A stretch of DNA of 36,898 bases. It comes from a virus. Its lineage: Duplodnaviria > Caudoviricetes. This document shows positions 17,779 through 27,413 of this stretch, piece after piece. The translations under genes were made by a program, and so were the position numbers. How positions within the stretch are numbered: the first letter of the stretch is position 1; the number at the start of each line of letters is the position of its first letter. The notes under the pieces were generated by a model. That model had not been told where the DNA came from. It worked only from the letters and a program-made list of their open reading frames with translations, and ran no database searches. The stretch spans positions 1 through 36,898 of the IMG/VR virus record IMGVR_UViG_3300025114_000014; one strand, 5' to 3'.

Positions 17779-18264
17779 ATGGACGATTTTCAGCCATTGC
17801 AGTACGAGGCACTTACTAGTACAAATATATCTTATAATGAGATTGAACTCAAAGTAGTAAAAACTCATCCTGACGCCAAACTACCACATAGAGCTCATGA
17901 CAGTGATTCTGGATATGATGTGTATAGTGTGGAGGAAGTTCGAGTACCAGGACGAGGATCTATAGTTGTACCTGTAGGCCTAACATTAGCATATATTACA
18001 CCCGGGTATTGGTTTCGAGTAGAACCTAGAAGTGGCTTAGGATTTAAACATAACATTCAACCACATTTAGGTATTATCGATAATGGTTATAGAGGTGATC
18101 TAGGTGTTAAATTATATAATTTTAGCGACGTAAACATAACTTTAAACAAAGGTAGCAGAATTGCTCAATTAGTATTATATCCTCATATTACAGCAACAAT
18201 TTCCGAAACAGATAAAATCGACGACACTGAGCGAGGTGAAGATGGATTTGGATCCACTGGATAA
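17779..18264 (+). CDS. dut: Trimeric dUTPase
   Basis: All five motifs: SGYDV, PRSGLG, GIIDNGYRG, RIAQLV, RGEDGFGSTG. Confidence 0.96.
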   Translation: MDDFQPLQYEALTSTNISYNEIELKVVKTHPDAKLPHRAHDSDSGYDVYSVEEVRVPGRGSIVVPVGLTLAYITPGYWFRVEPRSGLGFKHNIQPHLGIIDNGYRGDLGVKLYNFSDVNITLNKGSRIAQLVLYPHITATISETDKIDDTERGEDGFGSTG

Positions 18265-18269
18265 TTATT

Positions 18270-18461
18270 ATGACTTACGAAGTAGAATTTAAATCTCCCG
18301 GTAAATCTATACCCTTTCAATACCGAGAGTATACAGTCAGAGCTCAAAATGTCCTTCAAGCAGAAGAAAAGGCATTTAAGCAATTACAAATGGATGAGAG
18401 TGTTAATAATGATTGGATTAAAAATGCAGAAGTCCATCAGATAATACATTCCATACAATGA
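18270..18461 (+). CDS. Hypothetical protein, 63 aa
   Basis: Fills the gap between dut and the clamp loader; ATGA overlap with the next gene. Confidence 0.65.
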   Translation: MTYEVEFKSPGKSIPFQYREYTVRAQNVLQAEEKAFKQLQMDESVNNDWIKNAEVHQIIHSIQ

Positions 18462-19366
18462 CAATTTCTGATATTTGGTGCGAAAAGTATCGACCAAGTA
18501 CTTTAGATGAAATAGTTTTAGACAAAAGCACTAAAAACTATTTTAATAAAGTACAACAAGATAAAAATATACCTAATGTTTTATTTGTAGGTAAGCCTGG
18601 TATTGGAAAAACTTCTCTAGCTAAAATTATTGTTAAAGATATTCTTAAGTGTCAATATCTCTATATCAATGCATCAGATGAAAACGGTATAGATACAATC
18701 CGTACAAAAGTTTTAAACTTCGCGCAGACAAAGAGTCTCTTTGGGCAAATTAAGGTTATAGTACTTGACGAGTGCGATGGATTATCTATTGATGCGCAAA
18801 AAGCGCTACGCAACTCGATAGAAGAATATCATGACTTAACAAGATTCATACTTACAGCAAATTATAAACATAAGATTATTCCAGCTCTACAAAGTAGATG
18901 TCAAATATTTGATATTAATTATGATAAAAATGAATACTTAACTAAATTAATATCTATTGTTAAAGCTGAAGAGATAAAAATTAACAAAGAAAATTTTACA
19001 AATATTGTTAATAGTTGTTATCCGGATTTTAGAAAAGGTATTAATACTTTACAAAAATATTATTTGTCTGATGGAGAAAACACTACTACTAATATTACAA
19101 AAGATTTTTTTGATGGGCTAATAGAATTATTAAAACAAAAAAAGTATTTTGTGATTCGTAAGCAAATTATTGAAAATGAAGCTTTATTTAACAATGATTA
19201 TGACGAGCTGTTTAAACGCTTATTTGATTTTATGTATATAAGCTCTATACCTGAAGAAAGAAAAAGAGACTGTCTAATTACAATCTCTAAATACTTTTAT
19301 CAGAATAGTCAATGTATTGATCAAGAGATCAACTTCTATTCTTGCATACTCGAATTACACCCTTAA
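18458..19366 (+). CDS. Sliding clamp loader AAA+ subunit (T4 gp44 / RFC small subunit-like)
   Basis: WCEKYRP, Walker A GKPGIGKT, INASDENGID, Walker B LDECD, AQKALR, SRC arginine finger, YPDFRK, DQEIN. Confidence 0.93.
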   Translation: MTISDIWCEKYRPSTLDEIVLDKSTKNYFNKVQQDKNIPNVLFVGKPGIGKTSLAKIIVKDILKCQYLYINASDENGIDTIRTKVLNFAQTKSLFGQIKVIVLDECDGLSIDAQKALRNSIEEYHDLTRFILTANYKHKIIPALQSRCQIFDINYDKNEYLTKLISIVKAEEIKINKENFTNIVNSCYPDFRKGINTLQKYYLSDGENTTTNITKDFFDGLIELLKQKKYFVIRKQIIENEALFNNDYDELFKRLFDFMYISSIPEERKRDCLITISKYFYQNSQCIDQEINFYSCILELHP

Positions 19367-19857
19367 GGCATGTAATTCGCCGTACCTAACTTATAGTCAC
19401 CATCAGGTACGTGAGTTTGCTGTCCAACATCAATAGTCTTACTTTCAACCTCTTTCGGTTTTAATGTAGTATGATCTTCTTGATCGTTAGTTGGATCTTT
19501 TCCAGTAGCTCTATGCTCATCCCACGTCTCAGAAAATTCAAGAAGTTCTAAAGGAAGTGTTAAAGATTGATGATAAAAACCAGGAGCATACTCTACGACT
19601 ATATCAGCTATTTGTGCTTGCGAATCTGTAGCTCCAGTCTCATATATTGCCTTTTTAATTGTAGACAGCATAAGAGGTTTACCTTGTTCGGATAAAGTTA
19701 ATATTTCATTTACATAATTCTGTCGGGCTTCATCAAGAGCCTTATACCAATCAGATGATTTAAAATTACCAGAAAACTTAACATAATCACCCGCAATAGG
19801 ACCTGATTTTACAAACCGACCGATCTGGGCTTCAAATAATGTATCGAACGTACTCAT
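19363..19857 (-). CDS. Hypothetical late protein, 164 aa
   Basis: Intact ORF with TAAATA 6 nt before ATG; stop overlaps the clamp loader stop (TTAA). Confidence 0.75.
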   Translation of the reverse strand: MSTFDTLFEAQIGRFVKSGPIAGDYVKFSGNFKSSDWYKALDEARQNYVNEILTLSEQGKPLMLSTIKKAIYETGATDSQAQIADIVVEYAPGFYHQSLTLPLELLEFSETWDEHRATGKDPTNDQEDHTTLKPKEVESKTIDVGQQTHVPDGDYKLGTANYMP

Positions 19858-19863
19858 TTAAAT

Positions 19864-19896
19864 TATTTATGGTATTAAGCACTTATAAATTAAATA
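19864..19896. promoter_or_regulatory. Divergent pair of late promoter cores
   Basis: Minus TAAATA (19869-19864) 6 nt before ATG(19857); plus TAAATA (19891-19896) 7 nt before ATG(19904). Confidence 0.6.
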
Positions 19897-19903
19897 ATTA
19901 TAG

Positions 19904-20383
19904 ATGGCTATTAAACTTGATATATTTAAAAAAAGAAAAAATACAGATAATTATCGTAATTTTTCTTATGCAGATATTCACTTAGACGTACAATTTAATA
20001 GTCGACTATCTACTAAACCAACCGGAACATCAAAAAATCCTCAAGATTTTAAATTAGATTACGATACTAAAGCAATTTATAACTCTATACATAATGTTTT
20101 TAATACAAAGAAAGGTCAGAAAATTCTTAATCCTAATTTCGGTTTAGATCTTGAACAATACTTATTTGATAATATTAGTAAAGAAAACGGAGACATAATC
20201 GGTACTACTATTCTTGAAGAGCTACCATTGTATGAACCACGTATAAAGGTAAATAGTGTTGACGTTTTAGCTAGACCAGATTGGAATGAATATGTAGTAG
20301 ATATATCTATTACAATACCTTCATTAAATAATCAAGTAGAGAGTGTTAATGGTACGCTTACAACGAAAGGATTTCAATACTAA
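19904..20383 (+). CDS. Baseplate wedge protein (gp25-like)
   Basis: YADIHLD, AIYNSIHNVFNTKKGQKILNPNFGLDLEQYLFD and YEPRIKV are the gp25/GPW signature. Confidence 0.92.
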   Translation: MAIKLDIFKKRKNTDNYRNFSYADIHLDVQFNSRLSTKPTGTSKNPQDFKLDYDTKAIYNSIHNVFNTKKGQKILNPNFGLDLEQYLFDNISKENGDIIGTTILEELPLYEPRIKVNSVDVLARPDWNEYVVDISITIPSLNNQVESVNGTLTTKGFQY

Positions 20384-20385
20384 TC

Positions 20386-22221
20386 ATGGCTAATTTTACA
20401 GATTTCAAATTACCGACAAATGCATACACAGGGTTTGATGCTCAAAGCCTGCGCGACCTAATTATTGAACGTCTCAATAATGACGACACAATAAATTTTA
20501 CTGATCAAAACTTTGAAGGGAGTAACGTTTCTGCACTGATTGACATTATTGCATACTCTTATCATACTCTATTATTTTACTTAAATCAAACTAGTTCAGA
20601 AAGTAATTTTAATGACGCTAGTCTATATGAAAATATAAATCGTATAGTTAAACTTATAGATTATAAACCAGTTGGTAAGCAATCATGCGTATTACCAATA
20701 GAAATTAAAGGTACGTCCGATCTTTCAGCCGGGTATTATACAATTCCGAGATTTACATTCTCCTCTAGTCAAGGTAAAACGTATACATTCGTAAAAGACT
20801 TAACCTTTGAAAAAATAACCTCTGATACTGAATCTATTTCTTCTACTACTGATTCTCCACTATTATATGAAGGTACAATAGTGGAATATCCGTTAATTAA
20901 ACCATTAGGTGAGCAGTTTGAAACAATAAATCTATTACCTGGGTCAAACGTTATAATAGATCACTTTAATATTTTTGTTTTCGTAAAAGAAGTTAGTGAG
21001 GACAATAAATGGTATGAATGGAATCGAGCGCCTAGTTTATTTTTATCTGAACCTAATAACAGACATTTTGAAGTTCGATATAATGAAAATAAAAATTATG
21101 AATTAAAATTTGGTAATAATGTTAATGGTAAGAAATTAAATTTAAATGATACAATTGCTATCTATTATTTAAAATCAAACGGCCCAGCTGGTAAAATAAC
21201 AAAAAATGCTTTCTCTGGTAGCTCCACAAATGTATATAATACTACACAATTTGATACAATATTTACAGATATAAAAGATACTTCTCTTAATTATATAACT
21301 GTGGCAGAGTCGGTTAATATAACAATAAGTAACGATGAGGATAGTACTGATTTCGGCGTAGAAGAAACTACAGATGAGATTAAACAAAATTCACCTCGAT
21401 TCTTTAGTTCAGAATATAAACTAACTACAAAGGGTGATTATAAATCGTTTATTCAACGTAATTATAAAAATTTAATTTATGATGTAACAGTATATAATAA
21501 TAGCGATTATACAAATAGATATTTAAAATACTTAAATGATGAATTAGGATTAACAGATTACTCTTTAGAAACAAATGCGCTATTTAATCAGTATTATTAT
21601 GCTGATAGTTCTGATGCAAATAATATATATTTAACCATAGTACCTAATTTAAGAAAAAATAAATCTGTTGTAACACGGTCAAATTATCTATCACCGTCAT
21701 TAAAAGAAAAAATACAAAATGAACTTACAGATTATAAGCTACTTAATAGTGAAATAACATTTATAGATCCAATATACCTAAATTTTGATCTATGTCTTAA
21801 ATTTACTAGTGAATCAGCTAAGGTATCCTATAAGGATTATACAGAATTACATTTAGTTAGAAGTGCAAGAACATTAATAAATGAAGAAGAATTAAAATCT
21901 AAAGTGTTTAATATAATTACGACTTATATAAAAGGACTAAAATTAGGTGATACTATAGATGTTCGTTCTTTAAATAATGAAATTGAAAAAATAGATGGTA
22001 TATTAGAATTTAAAACATGGAGAACAGACATAAATCAAGGAGTTCCTGGATTGTCTGTCGCTGTATTTAATCCTATTTATAATGGTAGAGATATAAAATT
22101 TATTGATACAAGATTAAAATTAAAACCATTTCAAATACCATATATAGAAAACGAGCAATCGTTTAAAAATAAAATCAAAATAACAAGTACTGTAACAACC
22201 AAAAGTATAGTTGAATATTAA
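20386..22221 (+). CDS. Baseplate wedge protein (gp6-like)
   Basis: FTDQNFEGSNVSALIDIIAY, YELKFGNNVNGK, YLKSNGPAG, ETTDEIK and TTKGDY match gp6/baseplate J; follows gp25. Confidence 0.9.
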   Translation: MANFTDFKLPTNAYTGFDAQSLRDLIIERLNNDDTINFTDQNFEGSNVSALIDIIAYSYHTLLFYLNQTSSESNFNDASLYENINRIVKLIDYKPVGKQSCVLPIEIKGTSDLSAGYYTIPRFTFSSSQGKTYTFVKDLTFEKITSDTESISSTTDSPLLYEGTIVEYPLIKPLGEQFETINLLPGSNVIIDHFNIFVFVKEVSEDNKWYEWNRAPSLFLSEPNNRHFEVRYNENKNYELKFGNNVNGKKLNLNDTIAIYYLKSNGPAGKITKNAFSGSSTNVYNTTQFDTIFTDIKDTSLNYITVAESVNITISNDEDSTDFGVEETTDEIKQNSPRFFSSEYKLTTKGDYKSFIQRNYKNLIYDVTVYNNSDYTNRYLKYLNDELGLTDYSLETNALFNQYYYADSSDANNIYLTIVPNLRKNKSVVTRSNYLSPSLKEKIQNELTDYKLLNSEITFIDPIYLNFDLCLKFTSESAKVSYKDYTELHLVRSARTLINEEELKSKVFNIITTYIKGLKLGDTIDVRSLNNEIEKIDGILEFKTWRTDINQGVPGLSVAVFNPIYNGRDIKFIDTRLKLKPFQIPYIENEQSFKNKIKITSTVTTKSIVEY

Positions 22222-25073
22222 TGAGCGATACAAATGAGTCAAATTGTCCTATTACTCTACCAGTACCTATATCAATTACTGTTAACACATCTGCGGACTC
22301 TCCCTCTCCAGTAGCTGGACATTCTCTAGCAAGTTCACATAGTGGGTTTACTCGTATATCAAAGTTTACTTTTAACCCTCTACTCAGCACTATTGGTGAC
22401 ACAGGACTGTCGATACAAAGCTCTTTGATAGATCTATCAATCGCAACATCTGTATGGGATTTTGGAGACGGATATACATTAAGTGGTGATAATGCATTTA
22501 CGGCAACACACACATATAATGTACCGGGTATATATACTGTAACGGTTTTCTTTTATGATAAAGATGGTAATTCTCATCTTAATACATTAACAGAACAATT
22601 AAGTGTATATAATTATGCAAATACTAGAATAGGCATAAGCGTAAAAGATGTAGATACAAATGATCCAATATCTATCACCGCTGGTAAAAAACCGATACAA
22701 GGAGATAGATCTTTAGGTGTTGGTCTTACAGCAAGCTGGCAAGATGTTCCTGACCCAGATGAACCTCATACCGTATATTTTACAGCTAGTGGTAGTAAGG
22801 CAAAACCATATGACATTAATAATAAATATGCTCACTTAATACCATATAATGCATTTTATGATAAAAATATAAACCTTATAAATAGTATTGACGGAGTACA
22901 ATATCAATTAAATCCACAATATTTTTTCATAGATACTAATAGTCAAGTTTCTCCTATAACATCTGAAGATCAAGCTGAAGCGGATAAATTCTTACTTTAT
23001 TCAAGTACGAAGCGAGCACTCAATAATTCTTATGGTTTAGATTTAGCAACCTATAGGGCTACAATACACACTGCTAGTGACACCGGAGAAAAGTTTTATT
23101 ATTATGATGATATACTTAATTATATTGGAAGTGATCGTGTAAATTTATTAATTAGATTAGATACAAGTACACATAAATTAAAAAACTTTTATATAGATAA
23201 TTTAGTTACAGATATAAACTTAAGCGAAAGAAATCACTTAGAGACAAACTTTGCAGGAGTAAGCACTGATAACGTTAATGCTATTGCTGGTATTCCAATA
23301 AGAGTAACACCGTCATCTCCGACAAGATTATCTTTTACATCTACCGGAATGAAAGAAATGTCTGCTATACAATATAAAAGACAAGGTGATAAATTCCAAC
23401 TATTTATCGGTTTAGCAGATGAAGAATTAAACATAGGTAAATATTTTTCACAATTTTTCCATGAGCCTACTAGTAATTTTATATCTCTCTCTAATGGAGA
23501 TTTTGATTATGATCACACCAGCACATTAAGCGCATGGACTGCCACGACGTCTGCAGATGGAACCCCACTTACAGGGTGGCATTTATCAGCTGGTATTGGA
23601 GCTGTTCACTTTGCACATACTGCAGGTGTTAACAATTTATATCAAGATGTAAATACGGTTTTAGGAAAAGAATATGAAGTTTCTTTAACTATATCTAATC
23701 GTACCGCAGGATGGGTAAGATTATTTTTAGGTACTACTGATCCAACACCACCATACAGTGACGATGGGTTAACAGAAAATAAGACTCACATTGTACTCGT
23801 TGATGCAGATAATACTCAACCTCAAAGATTGTACATACAAGCCACTGAAAATTTCGACGGTATAGTAAGTGATGTTACAATTGATTGTAATCAATTTTTT
23901 GTTGAATGGGTTAGTGGAGATACAACATCGACGAGCAATATAAGTAGTTTAAGTACTACCAGTTTACCATATAATCCAACAACGGAAAAAACAGAATTAA
24001 GCAGCTTTTTATATCTTAACATTGATCCAGTTAGCGCCGGTACATGGACATTAAATGTAACTGGACGGCAAAACAACTTTTCCGCTCTGACTTCACTCTC
24101 TGCGTTTAACGACACTATAGATTATGATCCTACAGGACCATATGGTCCTGTGTCTCTTGGAGTTAAAGGTGACAACATTATAACAGGTTCATATACCTTT
24201 ACAATAAGCCCTTCTACTAATGATGTTGAAATATATAAAATAAACGAAGATATAGATTACTCTCAAGTATTAAAAAGCTATAGATTTCAATCCTTTTTAC
24301 ATGAATATGATAATTTATTTGATGGTGTTTTTACATCATTTGTAGGTCAAGCAAGTTCGAGTCCTACTGTATTCGGTAAAACTATATTTGAAAAAACAGC
24401 TAATTTTGTTTCAAATAATACTGATATTGATTTTTGTAAAATAGAAAATATACAATCATTCTATGACTTTTTTAATGAAGATATTGATTTTGTATCACCT
24501 AATCCGCCACCTGAATTAAAAAGATTATATAACTTATTTAGTATTAAAATTTCTAAACTATTAGGTGACTACCATAGAGTTAATGATAATTTCGACACAC
24601 AATATTATACAAGCTCTGCTGCTAGTAGAAATATAGATCTTACATCTCCTATCACTTCATTAACTTATGAAGTAACAGCAGATACAAAATTTGTAGCATT
24701 ACAAAAATTTAATAATGAATATATTTTAATTAACCCTCAACAAGTACCTGCAAAAAGTGTAGATGGTTCAACAGCTGGTGTATCGGCTACATACCCACTT
24801 TCCACGTATAATGTATATAGTAACTGGGGCTGGGAATTAGATACAACAGTAACTGGTGCTAGTGGTTTAGATTTATTGTATGAATTTTATCCATATACAG
24901 CATATGATACAACCTTATCAGCTGAAAATATTGAAAACAGTATCATAGATTATAATAATCCTTATACAACAATCTCAAGATCAACATCCTCTCTTAGTGC
25001 CAGCTGGGAAAATGACGGTGGTATAATTTTTAATAATCTAGATTATCAAATTAGGAAAGGACTTAGCTTATGA
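22221..25073 (+). CDS. Large baseplate protein (gp7 position) with PKD and CBM-like domains
   Basis: PKD motif WDFGDG...THTYNVPGIYTVTV; jelly-roll-like NGDF...GW...LYQDV...GKEYEVSL...VSDVTI; DIDFC region recalls gp7/P2-I proteins. Confidence 0.65.
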   Translation: MSDTNESNCPITLPVPISITVNTSADSPSPVAGHSLASSHSGFTRISKFTFNPLLSTIGDTGLSIQSSLIDLSIATSVWDFGDGYTLSGDNAFTATHTYNVPGIYTVTVFFYDKDGNSHLNTLTEQLSVYNYANTRIGISVKDVDTNDPISITAGKKPIQGDRSLGVGLTASWQDVPDPDEPHTVYFTASGSKAKPYDINNKYAHLIPYNAFYDKNINLINSIDGVQYQLNPQYFFIDTNSQVSPITSEDQAEADKFLLYSSTKRALNNSYGLDLATYRATIHTASDTGEKFYYYDDILNYIGSDRVNLLIRLDTSTHKLKNFYIDNLVTDINLSERNHLETNFAGVSTDNVNAIAGIPIRVTPSSPTRLSFTSTGMKEMSAIQYKRQGDKFQLFIGLADEELNIGKYFSQFFHEPTSNFISLSNGDFDYDHTSTLSAWTATTSADGTPLTGWHLSAGIGAVHFAHTAGVNNLYQDVNTVLGKEYEVSLTISNRTAGWVRLFLGTTDPTPPYSDDGLTENKTHIVLVDADNTQPQRLYIQATENFDGIVSDVTIDCNQFFVEWVSGDTTSTSNISSLSTTSLPYNPTTEKTELSSFLYLNIDPVSAGTWTLNVTGRQNNFSALTSLSAFNDTIDYDPTGPYGPVSLGVKGDNIITGSYTFTISPSTNDVEIYKINEDIDYSQVLKSYRFQSFLHEYDNLFDGVFTSFVGQASSSPTVFGKTIFEKTANFVSNNTDIDFCKIENIQSFYDFFNEDIDFVSPNPPPELKRLYNLFSIKISKLLGDYHRVNDNFDTQYYTSSAASRNIDLTSPITSLTYEVTADTKFVALQKFNNEYILINPQQVPAKSVDGSTAGVSATYPLSTYNVYSNWGWELDTTVTGASGLDLLYEFYPYTAYDTTLSAENIENSIIDYNNPYTTISRSTSSLSASWENDGGIIFNNLDYQIRKGLSL

Positions 25074-27400
25074 CGGTCGATTTAAATACAACTAACCCAT
25101 TATCGTTTTTGCAATGGAAAACCTACTATGCAGATATTCGCGAAGCTTCAGAACTATCATTATTATATAACAAATATCTCATAGACTGGAAAGATCAGAA
25201 AGTAGTTAATACTACTACTAACACAGATTATGTAAAAGGTATTTATACTCAATTTTTAAAAAATATAAATTTAAGTAGTTTACATAGTGATGTTTCGAGA
25301 TTTTTATCAAAAATTGACGTTGATGATATTTATGAATTAGAACTAGCAGTAGTTTATTTTGTACAATTAATAAGAGCTCAATTAAAAGGTGTTAGTGATT
25401 TAAGAGAAGAAGTAAAGTTTTCAACAACTAAAAATAAATTAAAATCATCTAAATTAGGTATACAAAAATACCTTAAAAACTTTATTATACGCTTACTTAG
25501 CAATAATGAATTTATTAAAGAAAATACTAATACAGAATTAACAGATATTAATGCACAAAAAATATCTAATAATATACAAATAAATTTAAATTCATATGCT
25601 TCTGATCATTTTGTTCAAAAAATACATAATACAGATAAAGATTTAATTTTAGATATGGAGCGGAGGGTATTAAAAGAAATACCAAATATACTACAAGTGT
25701 TATCTATAAATAAGGATGGTAAAAAATTAAAACTAAAAACTAATAGTGTATCTTCTCCTGATAGCGTTTTAGGTATTAATGAAAACTTTGTTAATTTTGA
25801 GAGATTACCTGATAGATATTTTAGAGGAGAAGATAAGAGATTTCATAATTTAAAATTTTTTTATGAGGGGGAGTTAATAAAGAAATATCTTGCTAATGAT
25901 TTATATTACGCGGTCGGAAATAAAAATCATGCAACTGTAGATAAATTATTTGAACATGTAAATACAACAAATAATTTATCTCAAAGATATAATCCTAATT
26001 TATCTTTAAATCTTACTGAACTAAAAAACAAGCAAATTTATTCAAGACAATTATCATTTAATAATACAGGGGTTACCAATTTTCATTCAGCTAACCTCTC
26101 ATTTACAATTAACCTATCAGCATTTAAAGGAAGAGAATATATTATTCCAGATCCATCCAAGTATGAGCCAGGAGTTAAAAATGTAGGTCATATCAGAAAT
26201 AGTAGAACTGGTGAAATTTTACGAAACGTAAAGTTCAAGCAAACAACACCCCTACTATTTAAATCAAAAAATGCTCCATATAAAAATACTGAACTATCTG
26301 ATTCGGTTAGTTTTTATAATAATAAATTATTACGTAATTATGGATATCAGAGCAAAGAGAATAGTATAGATTATTCACATACAGGTATTAATAAAAAAGA
26401 AGATTCAATCAGTTTTTGGGATAATACATCAGATCAAATAACATGGAAAAATACAGACACATATCCAATAAGTGTATTGAACATTTATCCTGAATCTTCA
26501 AGGCTCGAAGATTTATTAATTACAAATAAAACCGGAATAAAGCTAAAGAGTGATATTTATGGTAATGAATTTTATTTTATTAAATCTGTTTATCCTAAAC
26601 GATATGCAGGTACGTCGTACATTACAGCCGAGGACATCGCCACAGCTACCTGTACAACAGTAGCAGAATATTATGATGGTTTATTTTTTAATACTTTACT
26701 ATCTGCAATTAGTGCTGCTTCCTATGAGGCATCCGGTACACTGTATACTAGTATAGATAACATGGCAACTGCTACCTCTGATATAGGTGTAGATGGACAT
26801 ACGAGTGTATTTGATACTGTTGTTGTAAGCGATACAACTATTTGCTCCAGTGGTAGTGCAGAAGGCTTTGCAGCGCCATTAACTGATTATTCATGTACAA
26901 CTGTTCTTACTGACGCATTATCATGTGGCTCAGTATCTGCGGTATCAGCTATAGATTGTGGTGATTTTAATAATCATCCTGGAAACTCTACTGATTTAAT
27001 AGCAACCTATTTTACTGATACAACGGTACCATATTATTCAATTAGTACAGCCTCTATTTATACCAGTTCAACAACTACATATGAATTATCTACAACAAAT
27101 AACCCTACCACCAGCGCTACCCATTTATTTGATCAACAATATATTGACGCTGGTGAAATTTATGTTAGAAATGTATATACTCAAGTGGTTGAACCACTAT
27201 CGACAGCATTTAGTAATATTTTCAACAAACATGGATCTACGACTAAAACTAATATTTTAACAAGCAGTAATATTTTAAATTTTGATGTAGTTGAAAATAC
27301 TATATGTATACAAACATCTGCGGAAACAGTAACTGAATTATATGAATTTGAAGATGGAGTGTTTAAGGTAGGAGCCAGTTCGAAAGCTATAATAACTTAG
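25070..27400 (+). CDS. Large putative structural protein, 776 aa
   Basis: Coupled (ATGA) to the upstream gene; helical N-terminus, KSDIYGNEF motif, Ser/Thr/Cys-rich segment near the C-terminus. Confidence 0.7.
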   Translation: MTVDLNTTNPLSFLQWKTYYADIREASELSLLYNKYLIDWKDQKVVNTTTNTDYVKGIYTQFLKNINLSSLHSDVSRFLSKIDVDDIYELELAVVYFVQLIRAQLKGVSDLREEVKFSTTKNKLKSSKLGIQKYLKNFIIRLLSNNEFIKENTNTELTDINAQKISNNIQINLNSYASDHFVQKIHNTDKDLILDMERRVLKEIPNILQVLSINKDGKKLKLKTNSVSSPDSVLGINENFVNFERLPDRYFRGEDKRFHNLKFFYEGELIKKYLANDLYYAVGNKNHATVDKLFEHVNTTNNLSQRYNPNLSLNLTELKNKQIYSRQLSFNNTGVTNFHSANLSFTINLSAFKGREYIIPDPSKYEPGVKNVGHIRNSRTGEILRNVKFKQTTPLLFKSKNAPYKNTELSDSVSFYNNKLLRNYGYQSKENSIDYSHTGINKKEDSISFWDNTSDQITWKNTDTYPISVLNIYPESSRLEDLLITNKTGIKLKSDIYGNEFYFIKSVYPKRYAGTSYITAEDIATATCTTVAEYYDGLFFNTLLSAISAASYEASGTLYTSIDNMATATSDIGVDGHTSVFDTVVVSDTTICSSGSAEGFAAPLTDYSCTTVLTDALSCGSVSAVSAIDCGDFNNHPGNSTDLIATYFTDTTVPYYSISTASIYTSSTTTYELSTTNNPTTSATHLFDQQYIDAGEIYVRNVYTQVVEPLSTAFSNIFNKHGSTTKTNILTSSNILNFDVVENTICIQTSAETVTELYEFEDGVFKVGASSKAIIT

Positions 27401-27406
27401 TAAATA
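27401..27406 (+). promoter_or_regulatory. Late promoter core TAAATA
   Basis: GTAAATA-TTTTTAT-ATG(27414) fills the 13-bp gap. Confidence 0.6.
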
Positions 27407-27413
27407 TTTTTAT

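Noticed and set aside
5168-22221. Bacterial contractile injection system or tailocin rather than phage
   Set aside because: Terminase, gp44-like clamp loader, dUTPase and T4-type late boxes indicate a phage genome.
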